A stretch of 64,000 nt of DNA from Phoronis australis (GCA_002633005.1 NMRA01000764.1:70048-134047), one strand, 5' to 3'. Shown: positions 12,300 to 25,559, counted from the first letter of the stretch. The notes: generated from the sequence alone by a model not told the origin. Made by a program: numbers and translations.

Positions 12300-12794
12300 C
12301 TGACAATACAATGCAACATAATACAATACACAAACAGTACTAAATATAAACATATCTTAGTTTTCTCTTCCATACATTTTACCACCGCACAATCACATTC
12401 CTCAACAATTTCTACCTATTTTTGTAGCTCACTTTTAAAGCTGCTCACAGCAACAAAGTTAGATTAACATTTGCCAGTTTCAATATGAAATATTTGAAGT
12501 TTTATAGCAGCAGCATCAGCAGTAGAACCATTAGCATTACTCCATCTTGTCCTGTATGTGACTTTAAGACACCTATGTACCTCTCCAGATTCATGTTTTT
12601 CCTTCCAAAAATTACTCAATAACTCAGTTAATTGAACAAGTATTAACTTTTGCCAGAGGACTGTTAACAATTGGCTCCAAGGAAGAACAGAGATGTCACT
12701 GATCAGGATACCCACTTAAAATAAAACAGAAATACAAAATAAAACAAAAAGCCACATTAATTATCAATTCCAAAAGGTCTGCTTAACTACTCAC

Positions 12795-13004
12795 AGATCT
12801 TTTAGCAGGCTTCAGCTCATCTCTCGGCACAATATCAATAAGGAAGTCAAACTGATCGAACTTGGTTATCGCCATGGCAATGTCATTTCTCTGTAATGTT
12901 CTTCTCTTGTTGTCTTCAGTGTGGATCCAGGCTCGTAGTGATAACTCACTGATGAATATCTCCGCAGCCTTGGCAAACAGCAGTGGTGCTTCAGCACTGA
13001 TCAT
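12795..13004 (-). CDS. NFYC: NF-YC coding exon 3 (histone-fold core)
   Basis: [70 protein letters not shown]; ttgtag and gtgagt. Confidence 0.98.
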
Positions 13005-13034
13005 CTACAACACAGCACATTCCAACATTGTATT

Positions 13035-13600
13035 GATGTGACTGTTGTATTGAATGTATGACTGTTGCACTGAACGTAATATGACTGTTGCATAGAATAT
13101 AATACGACTGTTGCACTGAATGTAATATGACTGTTGCATAGAATATAATACGACTGTTGCACTGAATGTAATATGACTGTTGCATTGAATGTAATGAGTG
13201 TTGTATTGAATATAATATGACTGTTGCACTGAATGTAATATGACTGTTGCATAGAATATAATACGACTGTTGCACTGAATGTAATATGACTGTTGCATTG
13301 AATGTAATATGAGTGTTGTATTGAATATAATATGACTGTTGCACTGAATGTAATATGACTGCTGTATTGAATGTAATACGACTGTTGTATTGAATGTAAT
13401 ATGACTGTTGCATTGAATGTAATATGACTGTTGTATTGAATGTAATATGACTGTTGTATTGAATGTAATATGACTGTTGCATTGAATGTAATATGACTGT
13501 TGCATTGAATGTAATATGACTGTTGTATTGAATGTAATATGACTGTTGTAATGAATGTAATATGACTGTTGTATTGACATGAACATTGCACTGAATGTAA
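13035..13600. repeat. 23-bp minisatellite
   Basis: tgactgttgcattgaatgtaata repeated more than 20 times next to an NF-YC acceptor. Confidence 0.95.
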
Positions 13601-14077
13601 CACGACCATCACTATTGTATTATTACTATGCAACAGAGACTTCTTCAAAAAGTGACAGTTTCTTTGCGAACACAAGTCTCTGAAGAGTTATGACTCCCAA
13701 AATGTACACAACATGTTTCCCTCAGCATAGCAGTCAACTAGTACACAACTTGCCATATTGAGGAGCGAAAACACCAACTCTTTACTGAAGGAGATATGAA
13801 ATTATTGTACTTGTGAGCATACAATGATGAAGGCATTTGCGTAACCAAATCAACAGTTCAGTTAAACATCCTCTGACTTCTTGTTTTTAAATACCCATGC
13901 TTGGCTTATGGCCCAACCCCATTTTTTTAGTTTTCCAATTCAAGCGGCCTGGACATAAATCTAACAAGCCCAATATTACATCATCATGTGTACTGGTGTA
14001 ACTATTACATTACTAGTGACATCAATGTGCCAACTAGTATTACTGTATTCATCCGAGGTCCAAGGAGTATGAATTAA

Positions 14078-15626
14078 AGGAGAATGCCACCCAAAAAACA
14101 ACCTATTTTGTATCACTTTAGTTCGAGTAATTCTACACGATAACAGCAAGGTCAGTTCCTTTACCTGACACCTGATGGCAGACGGAGGTGTTGAAATTAA
14201 CCAATGACGTCACAGGTTCGAACGCTGTCTGTTCAGCAGTTCACAACACGCTTACTGGTGTCAGCTTATCACTTAAAATTCATCGTTTTACACCAACAAA
14301 TCATCAAAATTTGACGTGAAACCCTTACAAACACATCAAGTTCTTGAACAAATGTGTTGTTTTATTTTGCTAGGGATTTATAGGTATTTGAACGTACCGT
14401 AGCCTACAAAGTTCGGTAGGCCCATTTACCAAGGTCGGTAGCATAAGTTTGAGGTCTGTTGAGTGATAAATTTGAATTATCTTTCCGTGAAATACAGACA
14501 TGAGAACACAGCTGAGTGTTGTACTTTTAGACTTGCGATTTTTTCAGTTCTAAACACACAAAACCCTTGCGATACCAGCCAGTGGCTCAGGACCCATCAG
14601 GCCCGTTGCGGCCAGACTGAAGACATCACGAATATAAACCAACCAAAGTTGGAACATAAAGTTCCAGTCATGAAAAGACTATACTAGTGAGCGAAAAAAA
14701 ATTATGTACACATGATTATTTTGGTGAATTAGCCGCGAAACTGCAAAATAATCTACTTACTCATCGGGGCTCGCGAAATCAAGTTCCCCTTCCACAAAAC
14801 CGTCAGAGCAAAGGTTGTACAGTAATGATTCGAATAATGTATATGAATATCTAAATAAAGATCCCCCTAACATCTGACCATAGCATACAAAATCGAGTTA
14901 TTGTTTCACAGCAGCTTTCTGTCAGCAAACACTGAATTGACATGCGTTCACACGGCCCGGTCAATTAGCTTTATTGCATCTAAATCCGGTAACACAGTGA
15001 TTTATTCATTGCTGGCTTCTCAAAACATTTGCATTCACGAACACTCCAAAGGCATTACAAATGGTATTTAATAAGATAGATTTTGACACTTTGTTTCAGT
15101 TTTATACAAGCATTGGTTATGGTGAGAATAATTCATTTCGAAACAGAACGCGCAGTAATAAACGTCAACATGGCAATTTGCTATCCCGACTCAGACAAGT
15201 GCTCATCAATCTCTTTTTCTGCCCTGGCATGAGCTGTTTGGTAAGCTGGCATTCGTCAGTGAAATCCTTGTTGACGAAATGGCAGTCACAGACACGGAGT
15301 GTTTCATAGCGTTATACTTGGTATTAACGACATACTCTTTCATTCTTCACTGCTGCAAGCCACTTCCGAAGCATTTCCGGCTCTCAAGGAAATCAAATAA
15401 AAACCATGTACCCGCTTTCCCCACAGCTTCGGTTCGCACAAGCCGGAATGATACACCACGCCATGGCGGTACTCACTCTGCAAAAGAACCACTGACGTCG
15501 CTGCGTCGTTTACTCACCTTCCTCACAGGTTAACGAGACACCTCTCGGCAAGGTAAGAACGACCATATACAAGGTGATGTGGATGTGACCGATTAAAACG
15601 GTAAAAAAGATGGGTGGTATTCTCCT
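14078..15626. mobile_element. Non-autonomous TTAA-specific DNA transposon (Kolobok-like)
   Basis: TTAA|aggagaatgccaccca ... tgggtggtattctcct|TTAA, 15/16 TIR match. Confidence 0.82.
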
Positions 15627-15857
15627 TTAAAAATGATGAACATTAAGCTGCACATAGCCAATTAAAAGGGTTAGTTTTTGAAAAGCCTGAGTGGGTTAGA
15701 GTGAAGAGCTTAAAGAAATATTTGTATATAATTTATTCATGACACTATTTTAATTTCTGTTTGTTTCTATCTCGTCACAACAAACAACACTGTCAGTCAT
15801 ATTTAAGTTGTGATCAAAATCTAAAAACTTTGCCAGAGATAAAACTTTTTCACAAAC

Positions 15858-15929
15858 CTTAACATCTTCATCTAGCTTCATTATCTTCTTAATTCTGGCC
15901 AAAGGAAGTTCTTGAGTTTTGAAATCATT
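15858..15929 (-). CDS. NFYC: NF-YC coding exon 2 (NDFKTQELPLARIKKIMKLDEDVK)
   Basis: Histone-fold helix 1 signature; ttttcag and gtttgt; 72 nt. Confidence 0.97.
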
Positions 15930-16392
15930 CTGAAAATAAAACATTGAAAAGTAAGTTTCACATTTTACTACATACCATCCCTTAAAGGCCAGAATCAAGC
16001 TTGCAAGACCACACCAATGTTGTTATATGAGAAATTTAGAAAAAAATCATTGATTCCATTTAACTACTGCATAGCATTTATCTCCCCTGTAAATGGAATC
16101 TAATACCAAGTTTCAGACAGTTTTTTATGTATAACCATGGTTATTGAGAAAAAGAGGAATCGAATTTGATTTCAAAAAAGACCTTCATTGAACACAGGCC
16201 GTATAATCTAAGCAAAACTCAAGTAATGTGGCTATAATAAACATCAAATAAATAGTGAAACACAGACTTGTATGTAATCAGCAAGTGCCAATCAAGGATG
16301 CACCTTGAAAGAGTGAGACTTGGTTTTGGTAATACAAACTTGATGACAAAATCAACAATATACAAGTTATCAGTTTCAAAGACACAACGTTT

Positions 16393-17660
16393 TAACAAGA
16401 GCAGCATGGAGCATTGATACGCACCAAACGTGTGCGTCGCATATAGCGTAGATACAAGGGATGATTACTATGTAAACATTCTCAGTAAATGGAGCAATGC
16501 TAGTAAACTAAAATAGCCTCTACGGGGTACATAGCAAATTCGTAATGCACTCCCCAGTAGGAACACACCTACCAAGGCCGTAAAAAATAAAACAGGCACT
16601 GGGGACAGAATGGTAGTCAGATATGTCCAAATGCCGTCATCGGTTGTCACATTCATAGAAATACACTTCCCAAACTTCACACAAATCCAACAGGGAGGAA
16701 CACATGTGGATGTGAAAAAATACAAACTGCCGCTAGGGGGCGTCACAGTAGTCGCACTGTCCAAAAGTTGACAACCATGCTCTACCCACTAGGAACACAT
16801 TTACCAATTTTGATAACAATTCTTAGAGTGGTTCGGCCGATAGAAAGAAGGAAGCCAAAACAGACCAAAGCATACTAAAAAACGGTCACTAGGACGCGTA
16901 CACTATGTCAAATGCATCTGAAAACGAAAAGTTGTCATCAAATTAATAGAAACCTATTTGGCAAATTTCATAAAAATGCACCAAGGAGCTCCAAACATAC
17001 AGAGGAAAACGGAGAATAATAACATTGCCACTAGGGGGCACAGCAGGAATTGGATCCATTCCATCATCATTGCCATCCGTTATCACCTTAATACAAATAC
17101 ACTTGCCAAATTTAACAAACATCCTACAGAGGGTTTAGGAGAAACAGTCAAACAAAACTGCCACAAGGAGGTGCCACAGTAGTCGACGTCGTCCAAAAAG
17201 CATCGTCACATCATATGTCCTCACCCCAATAACAACATATAAATATCAATTTTCATAATCATCCTCAGAGTGAGATGCACAACAAAGAAGCAGACGCCAA
17301 AAACAGACTGAAACACGGCCACTAGGTGGCGTGAACTATGACATATCCATCTGAAAATGGAAAGATGTCCTCGCCTCTTAATAGAAATCTATAAATTACC
17401 AAATTGCATAAAAACCTGTGCAGGAACTCCAAACATACAGAGAAAAACAGGAAAAAATAAAATTGCCACTAGGAGGCACTGTGGTTGTTGGATCCGTCCA
17501 AAGGTCGTCATTTCATATAAATACACTTGCCAAATTTAACAAAGTTCTTGTAGGGGGTTTAGGAGATATAGCCACGGATGCAAAAAGCTGTCATTAGGAG
17601 GAATGCCTATAGATGGAGCCGTCTGGAAATCATCGTCCTCTTCCCAGTAGGAACATACAC
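16393..17660 (-). mobile_element. Degenerate Helentron/HINE-like element with CCTAGTGG repeats (reverse orientation)
   Basis: aacaagagca matches the family 3' end; ccactagggggc and ccactaggtggc recur at ~150-bp spacing. Confidence 0.7.
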
Positions 17661-17719
17661 AGGTCAGTAACAACAGAGAGCGATTGCTAGTACTCTAAAG
17701 ACAACACAAGACTTTAGTT

Positions 17720-17980
17720 CCTTAAAAGTATAGGGACTAATTGCTCTCTCTATCGATACACCAGGCCTGCTTGTATAAAAGTATAAGGACTGACTGTTCT
17801 TTCTATCAATACACCAGCCAACTGGCATAAAAGTATGGGGACCGATTGCTTTCTCTATCAATACACCAGGCCTGCTTGTATAAAAGTATAAGGACTGACT
17901 GTTCTCTCTATCAATACACAAGCCAACTGGCATAAAAGTATGGGGACCGATTGCTTTCTCTATCAATACACCAGGCCCGC
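17720..17980. repeat. ~55-bp alternating minisatellite
   Basis: taaaagtat...ctctatcaatacaccagg repeated about 5 times. Confidence 0.85.
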
Positions 17981-18069
17981 TGTAATGCAACAACTAAACT
18001 TTTAGATCATTTTCTAGTGTTATGTAACTATTCCATGAGAATGAGCACAAAATGTTAAGAATATCTTAC

Positions 18070-18189
18070 AGGTCCTAACTTGGTGACCTCTGTGCTCACA
18101 CTGGGCCAGAACTGTGTCAGTAGTTTTTGAGCCTCTGATGGGACAGATGAACTTCCATCGGTGAATGTAGGGTCGTCTTGGTCAGCCAT
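18070..18189 (-). CDS. NFYC: NF-YC first coding exon (MADQDDPTFTDGSSSVPSEAQKLLTQFWPSVSTEVTKLGP)
   Basis: SEAQ..L..FWP motif of the NF-YC N-terminus; acceptor at 18210, gtaaga donor. Confidence 0.93.
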
Positions 18190-18359
18190 CTGCTTGCTTC
18201 AACAGCCAACTACAAAATACTCAGTAATTATCTCATGAAACCCTTAAATGCAGTGACTCAGAGTTTCACATGATGATTATACTCCGAAGGAACTGAAAGA
18301 GATACCTTCACTACCGGGGAATTTTAACATGTTTCCTGGTTCAGGTCAGAGAAGGACGT

Positions 18360-19074
18360 TTGCTGATTGGACGCCTAACGAGCTGGAAACTCAAGCATCT
18401 AAGCATATCGGCTTGGAATTTAAGTCAAACAGTTTATCAATGATTTAGGGACGTTAAAAGGTGAAAGAGGTTAAAACTATCTCGATTGCATATCGAGCCC
18501 AACGCAGCCAATCTTCAAAATCTGATTGTAACTTGAGGGACACTGGTTGTAAAAATCCCTCCAATCGAGTGAATGAAATGGTCTTCGCCAATCAAAGACC
18601 ACATAACACGGCCAATCAAAACTAAGAGTTATTCCACAGATGTAATGACATATCAAAAGCAGCCGCAATGAAGAACATTAGCCTCAAAATTACCGTACAA
18701 ATAATAATTATAATCCACTACTACCGACACTAGAACACGCTACAATTTACTCACCAATTTCTCCACAATCCGTCAAGCGCAAATGGCGCAAACTCGGTTT
18801 TTGTTGCTCACGACACAGGCAATATTATGTTACAATTTATTTCATTTAAAAAACGTTACAATTTTTAAAAAGGTCAATACGTTGATTAATCACTCTAATT
18901 GCTTTTAACTGTTTCCTAGAACTAATTGGCATTAGAATGAAATAAATCAATAACCAAAGAACGTTTGCCGGTGTTGAGATCTAGACTTAACCAAAATATC
19001 GAGGGATCTCGTATATCGCGAGGCTTGACGAAAGACTTCCTGTTATGGTTTAGAAGGAGTGTCAAGCCTACAAA
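18360..19074. promoter_or_regulatory. Bidirectional promoter region for NF-YC and CC2D1 with a CCAAT cluster
   Basis: Probable non-coding NF-YC exon ending at a gtgagt donor (18755); CCAAT/ATTGG at 18366, 18508, 18561, 18588, 18612; ETS-like acttcctg near 19036; CC2D1 ATG at 19075. Confidence 0.7.
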
Positions 19075-19143
19075 ATGTTTGGTAGCAAAAAGAAAACACC
19101 CTCTCAGACCCGGTCTGGAAAAGGAGCTCAGTTAGCGGCACAA
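19075..19143 (+). CDS. CC2D1: CC2D1 exon 1 (MFGSKKKTPSQTRSGKGAQLAAQ)
   Basis: caaaATG start context, CAA|gtaagg donor, joins LGLGG of the next exon as in the family N-terminus. Confidence 0.82.
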
Positions 19144-19851
19144 GTAAGGATTGAATGAATCTGTAGTTGTTAAGTAAAGAATAAGCGCATAGCCAGCCTT
19201 TGTGCAAAAGCTGTATAGGTTAAAAATCACATTGATACTAAATGATAGACACCGGCTGTGACCCTCAGCGTGGATGTATTTTACTTATACTTTGCATTAT
19301 TAATAAATAGTATAAGACCCTGAACATCGTAATTACATTATGTTGCGTGACTAGAGTGGCACATGACCGTAGTCTTGACGGAGAGCGACGCTAACTGTCG
19401 GAGAGCAAGGAGATCTGCTGGGTTTGCAGAGAGCGCCACCTGATGTGTGGCTGAAACATCCGTCACTAGTTGTCACCTCGAATCTCCCGCTGCTGAAGTC
19501 TAAACGGGCTCTTGTGTTTCCTGTGTTGTAACCATTGATCTAATGAGTAGTGACCTCAATTGCGTTTACACCACAGGCACCTTTGATCAGCCCATACACT
19601 AAATAAAGAGAAAGGTACACAACTGACATTCAATATGGCCGTCTGCCGGGCACTTCCGGAATAACCCCAAACATGTCAAATCTGAAAGTAATTTGACTCA
19701 AACATTTTATTTGATACAGCAAAACATTCATTGCTTCCATTTGTTGATATCGAAACCAATAAAAACAATTCATACCTCAAAATTTTCCTACTTCAATCGC
19801 CAACATACACGGCAAAGCAAAAAGCACAAATAACTTCAAAATTTTCATCTA

Positions 19852-21825
19852 ATGCGCATGCTCGTAAGGCGCCTGGTGACATCTTCAGAACGCTTACATC
19901 AACTGAAACAGATTCTTCAGTTGTTGCAGCAGTTAGTGGCGAAGTCACCACGATCGAGACTGCGCAGATCACTACCCAAGAGCAATGGTAGGTACCTTGG
20001 TAATGTAAGGGCCTGGAGGGGGAATTGTGGAGGTCAGAATGGGCAGAGAACAGAAAACGCAGGTGGTAGCAACAGTCAGAATGGACGTGCGACTGACAGC
20101 TCCAGCAATAGTCAATCTTCTGCTAACAATCGCTTAGCAGCAAACCGGAGCGATAGCAGACGGGACAAGCGTTGCTTCAAGTGTCATCAAGAAGGTCACT
20201 TCAAGGCTCAATGTGCAGAAAATTCATAGTCGGGAAACGCGTCTGGGACCGGAGTGAGATCCCCGTCCGGTTTCCCAATAGTAGACGATGGCTCAGACAT
20301 CAATGAAGACGACCAGGGCCCGGTCTCCAATCTCCGTACTCAGGCGCGAATCATGCTCAAACTCACACTTCATACTCAACTCGAGTACAGACTCAGCTTT
20401 GGTGTATTCAATGTCATACTCGAAAAATCTGTACTCGAAATTTCGAGCACATACTCAGTTTTCGAGTGTACTCGAACTGAAGAGTATCTCATCTATATTT
20501 CGAGTACGATTTTGAGTAAAAATTTGGAGTCTATGCTCAAATTTCAAGTTTGGTATGGCAGTGTGCTTGAAATCGTACTCGAAAATAAATACAAGCCAGA
20601 GAACAAAATATCGAAAGGGAACCAAGAAACACAGCAAATCTAAAAAAATAAGTCCTCTTACCGTATCTCAGCACTTCAATTTCAGTTCAGTGATAAAAGT
20701 TTTCATCTTAAATCTTCTTATTCTTCACCTTATTAACCCGCCGTATCACTGTATGTTATGGCCGCGATTCTACCTCTACAATTCCTGGCAACAGGCGCAT
20801 TGTAATCCCTTGTCGGCGAGTCATAACAAGCGTCGAAAGCAGTTGTGGGAAAAGTCGTGTGAGAAGTTTGTGCTGCCCTTATTTCGGTATGTGTGCCTAC
20901 GTTTTGTAGGGTTTCCAAAAGACGAGGAGGGGAGGGAAGTTAAAAAAAGTTCGCTTCCCTGTCAGGTACATTTCTCATCATAACTTAGTCATCTATAATT
21001 CCTCAATCCCCAAATGGAATTCCAGATTTTGTTTGCCGATTTCTAAGTAGACGTCTCGTCCCGTTCACTGCCACTGGTGAACTCTGAATGCCTGCACAAG
21101 TATTGTTTTTTAACTCACGTGCCAAATGTCAACTCACTTGATACATCCCGGTAAAATACAAAGATACAGTATCAAAGTTTGACATCAGCGTAGGCCTACA
21201 CAGCAATGGGTTTTATGTCAAGACTAAATTAGCAACAGAGATGTGATGTGATAAGCTGTTACATATTTCTTAAGACATTTTCGGGACTGGGTGAGGAACT
21301 CAAGAAGTAAAGCTTAATAATTGCCAAATGTATCAAAGAAATGGCATAAGAATATTTATTGAAACTAAAAAATGAATAACAGTTACAGAACACTCAGAAT
21401 TCCACGTTATAGACATACTGTTGTAGTTGTAGCGACAGCAGACGATAATGTAGGCCTAGTTCTTGGGGTGGTCTATTCCAATAGGGAGCAATGAATCAGC
21501 GCGGCTTTGCGTGATTTTGCATTTCACATCATAAAGAGTTCCATAGCAACTCGAGTATGAGTGTCAGATTTGAGTACGTTTGGAGTCTACTCGAAATACG
21601 ACATTAGATACGCTTTTTTGAGTACGACTCCAGTGAGCATGATTTTGAGTATGAAATCTTTAGTATGAGTCTGAGTACGGAGATTGGAGACCGGGCCCTG
21701 GAAACAGATTTTAATGACGAATTAGGCCTGGACTTTGACGATGAAACGTTGGTTAAAACAGTGAGACAAAAGTGTGACATAATTAAGAGGGTCACCAAGC
21801 AGCAGCATCCTCAGCAGCACTGTTG
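19852..21825 (+). mobile_element. LTR-retrotransposon gag relic (CCHC knuckle) interrupted by a MITE
   Basis: RCFKCHQEGHFKAQC zinc knuckle; downstream frame rejoins across the 20317-21697 insertion. Confidence 0.7.
20317..21697. mobile_element. PIF/Harbinger-like non-autonomous element
   Basis: Perfect TIR ggcccggtctccaatctccgtactcag; CAG and CTG flanks (CWG target); subterminal tactcga repeats. Confidence 0.8.
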
Positions 21826-21977
21826 ACAAAGTTAATTCTCCAATATCCGGAAAATTGGTTCAAAGTTTGCAAAACCCAAAGAGATGTAATCGTTTTGCGG
21901 CACCATTGTTGTTGAATGGTGGTTATGTGCAAGCCATTCATGATCACGGGTGAGAAACAACATGACCGCCAGTCCTC

Positions 21978-23340
21978 TTAAATCGGACCGACTCGCCCAA
22001 AACAGGACCTCCTGTGATCAAATGGGACTGACGCACCTAAAAACATGACCGCCCCACCAGAAAACAGGACCACCGGGGAATGAGCATTACCGCCGGGGAT
22101 TGAAACCGCAATGACAAACGAGCTAAGATTTATTATCGGTAGGCCTACACAGATCATACAATGGAGCTATATATACGTATGTATATGCAGGTCTTGTGCC
22201 AACGAAATCTTTTGTGCGCTACAGGACACTTCGCTTTGTAACACGTGGCGCTTTTGAGTTTTAACCAAAAACCAACCACGTTGCACGCTTGTGAACTAAA
22301 TAACTATAACTTTATCCACTGCGTAAGTTTTAGAACAAAATGAAAATTTTTTCTCCAATGTGACGTTTTATAGTAGTCAAGAAAAAAAACAAAAAAAAAA
22401 CGGGCGTTCTGGTTCTCGGGTGAAGCATCATAACTAGCCCTTTGTGCGGCAAAGCAGTATACTAAATATACAGCTTGACACTGATGTGGGTAAAACACTG
22501 CACATGTAAAATCTTCACTGAATTAGTGTTATTAACGCTACTCTCCCTAGAGTAAACTAAATTATTTATCAGCACTCGTCGGGAAAATTTGTCATTCTGT
22601 CGTCATTCTGCTGCTAAAATTGAGATGCGTTCTTTTAGGTCGGCTTACATTGGCCAGTTCCTTTTTTCACAAATTCTTCAGTCAGCTCTTCTTCTCTTCT
22701 ACGAGGTTGCATACATGGCACAACAAATTATCAGTTTCATTTCGTCATACATTTTTAGTATTTTAATGCCAGCAAACCGAATTTCAGAACAAATCGGTGC
22801 TGCTGCGAAGTTGAGTCATCATCTAACAATAGATGTCGCGAAATTTTAGGAAATGGCGCGTGCTCATGTCACGTGCTCGACAAACTTTTGTTACAATAGG
22901 CAAACAAATGATGTTCATTAGATTGTTTTTCACTCAAGCGGTGCCTGCAAGGTGAGTGTTGAATGACTCCTAGATTTTGCATGCGCCTGCTCCGCTCGCT
23001 AGCTCTACATGTTGATATAAGTTTCACGTGACGAGGTGACAAGCAGAACTATACCCGGGCTGTGGGAAATTTCGGGGATGTAACGGAGCTCAATAACGCA
23101 GTGCTACCAAGTTTTATTTTGGCGAGTCTTTTCACAGCTAGCTGACCGGTTATGTCATAACCCACAGTATCATACAAAAGCCTTGATAACTACATTTTGT
23201 CCGGCGGTCATGTTCAGTCCCGGCGGTCCTGTTTTCTGGTGGTGCGGTCATGTTTTTAGGTGTGTCAGTCCCATTTTCTGGTGCGACGGTAACATTTGAT
23301 CCCCGGAGGTCCTGTTTTGGGTGAGTTAGTCCGATTTAGC
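21978..23340. mobile_element. Non-autonomous element with ~100-bp imperfect inverted ends
   Basis: taaatcggaccgactcgcccaaaacaggacctcc...aaaacaggacc is mirrored at about 23220-23339. Confidence 0.7.
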
Positions 23341-23679
23341 CACAGATGCCTTACGTGTCTAAGGTGAAGGACACAGGCACTCTCATCACCTCAGCCGGTC
23401 GACGTTATCAGGTTAAACTAAATAATGAGAAATGTTTACAACTGCTATCCACTGTGGTTGCCTACTTCAAGAACAACTCAAAGACTGTCAGGTTGCATGT
23501 ATTTTGCATCCCACATTTTGTCTTTGACTGCAACACGTTCACTGGTTACATTTGTTGACATCAACACCTGTGGCATCATCCATGGAAAACCATCTTGTCC
23601 TACATTTTCCATTCATTCCATCCAATGCACGTGCTCATCAGGTCACTCATTATTGCCAGATCTTGTTTCCGAGTCCAAC

Positions 23680-23755
23680 TATGGCACATTGCTAGACCCT
23701 TGAGTCAGGTCTCTAATGCCTCAGCTGAGTTTTAACTCTGTGTTAATAAAGCACA
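23680..23755 (+). mobile_element. SINE body fragment (same family as 29130-29280)
   Basis: gctagacccttgagtcagg...cctcagctgagttttaact...ttaataaag matches the reverse complement of 29130-29200. Confidence 0.6.
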
Positions 23756-24248
23756 TTGCTGGTGATTAGTGGAATGAGCCCTACCACATGTGCGACCTGC
23801 ACACATCTGGTACATGTGCAACCTGCGCACATCTGGTACATGTTTTCGCATACTACATAACGTCATCTCATTACAAACGTTTTTGTATTTGCTGCTTTTT
23901 AGAGCCTAGTGTCAGTCCGATTCCCCTCTGAAAAATTAGGTGATTCCCATCCATTGATTAAAAATTGCCTTACTGTTAGAGTCGCTCTTAAATCACACAC
24001 CTTTAGATTAGTGTCAGTGTTGCACTCACTCTTAACCCACACACACACACCCTTAACTTCATGTATCATTAAATCCAGAAGTCAGTCCTCCCCTTTAGTC
24101 GTGCCTGTAGGGTATTTGTTTACATACTAGTAAGCAGCATGAAGTAAGCAGTGTTCCAAAGTTTGAACCAAGGGCCTGTTCCGCTGTTGTGACTTATCAA
24201 CCTTTTTGACTTGTTCCATGACTGATAGTACACTTGGTACTCTTCCAG

Positions 24249-24479
24249 TTAGGGCTGGGTGGTGAGTTGGATGATGACATTGGTATGCTGATGCAGGGTG
24301 ATGCTGCTGATGAGGCATCACTTGAAGATGAACTGGCTGCTCTTATGGGTGGGGATGTTGGAGCGCGGCCCAAGGTCAAGCAGCCCCGTACTCTGGATAT
24401 GTCAGTAGTTGATCAAATAGATAAGATGGGAGAAATTGATGATGATGAAGAATTATCTGGAGATGAAGATGAACTCATG
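24249..24479 (+). CDS. CC2D1: CC2D1 exon 2 (acidic N-terminal region)
   Basis: LGLGG...SLEDELAALMGG...DEDELM; ttccag and gtttgt. Confidence 0.92.
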
Positions 24480-25559
24480 GTTTGTAACCCTTCTTTGTTC
24501 TATTTGGTGTACAGATGTCTTCATGGATTTCTCTTCAACTTTTACTTCTGAATTAAAGTATGGAAATTTTGAGACATCCAGTTGAGAAAACAAATAAAGT
24601 TGGAGTCTAATACTGGTCAAAACGCCACCAATTGGCCAGAATAACAATGTCGTCACAAGCCAAGCTGAAGTCTGTGAGATGCGGACGCAACGTCGCTAAT
24701 TTTTGTAAGTTTTTATTCCAGTATTAGACTCAAACTTTATTTGTTTACTTCATTGAGTACAGTGTTCAAATTTTACCTAATGTTACAGAATTTTGTCATA
24801 AAGATTCAACCAAAAAGTTTGTTTCTTAGCAAAATGAAATTTTGCCAAGTTTGTTGTTCTGTTGTGAAGTTATTTTGTTACTTGGTAAAATGAAATTTCT
24901 CCAAGTACGTTGTTTGCCATAAAATTTGATTTTTGTTTGTTTCTTTGTTCGTACGCTACAGATAACAGTTCTTAGGGATTAAATACAAAATTTACATACA
25001 TCATGTAGTTTGTGAATGGCTCGAAGCCTATAATATTGGTTTTGGTTAAAATCTGAAACAAGATGGCACTGAAACGACCATTTCCCCCTTCTTGGTTGTG
25101 GAGTCATAGCTCTGCTGTTTCTGGTGGGATATTTCTGAATCTTTTTCTATCAGACCTATCAGAGTCTCATTTGTCTTTCACTAGGTGTTAAGTAATTTGA
25201 AGTTTTCCCACGACTAGTCTCCAAATAACTGTTTTTGTGCTGTATTTTTGTCATCCCTCGATGGATCTGTCTTAAATTTGGTATGCAGATAGATCTTTTC
25301 AAGCATTGTCAGTCTTGTGAAACCCATTTCTTGTTACGAGTCATCGTTCTCGCAATATCTGAGATTTACTGCTCAGGTGACTGATCTTTTGTTGATCCTA
25401 TGTTACCCTCTCACATTTGCACTAGAAATTGCATTTTGCGTGTGATCGACATGAAATTTATACACAACATGTGTTTCGTAAATGGCTCAAAGCCTATTGA
25501 GTTTGTTAAAGTCGGAAACAGGATGACGCTGGGATGGCCATTTTTGTTTTTTGTTTTTT

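Larger units (their letters stand above)
8325..18189 (-). other. NFYC: NF-YC gene, coding span (7 coding exons, about 302 aa)
   Basis: Spliced product contains the NF-YC histone fold [80 protein letters not shown] and a Q-rich tail; all introns GT-AG with consistent phases. Confidence 0.97.

Noticed and set aside
12464-12715. Possible alternative NF-YC exon
   Set aside because: No clear splice-site pair or NF-YC-like peptide
12991-13675. Long overlapping ORFs (163-224 aa)
   Set aside because: Translations of the 23-bp minisatellite with no coding signal
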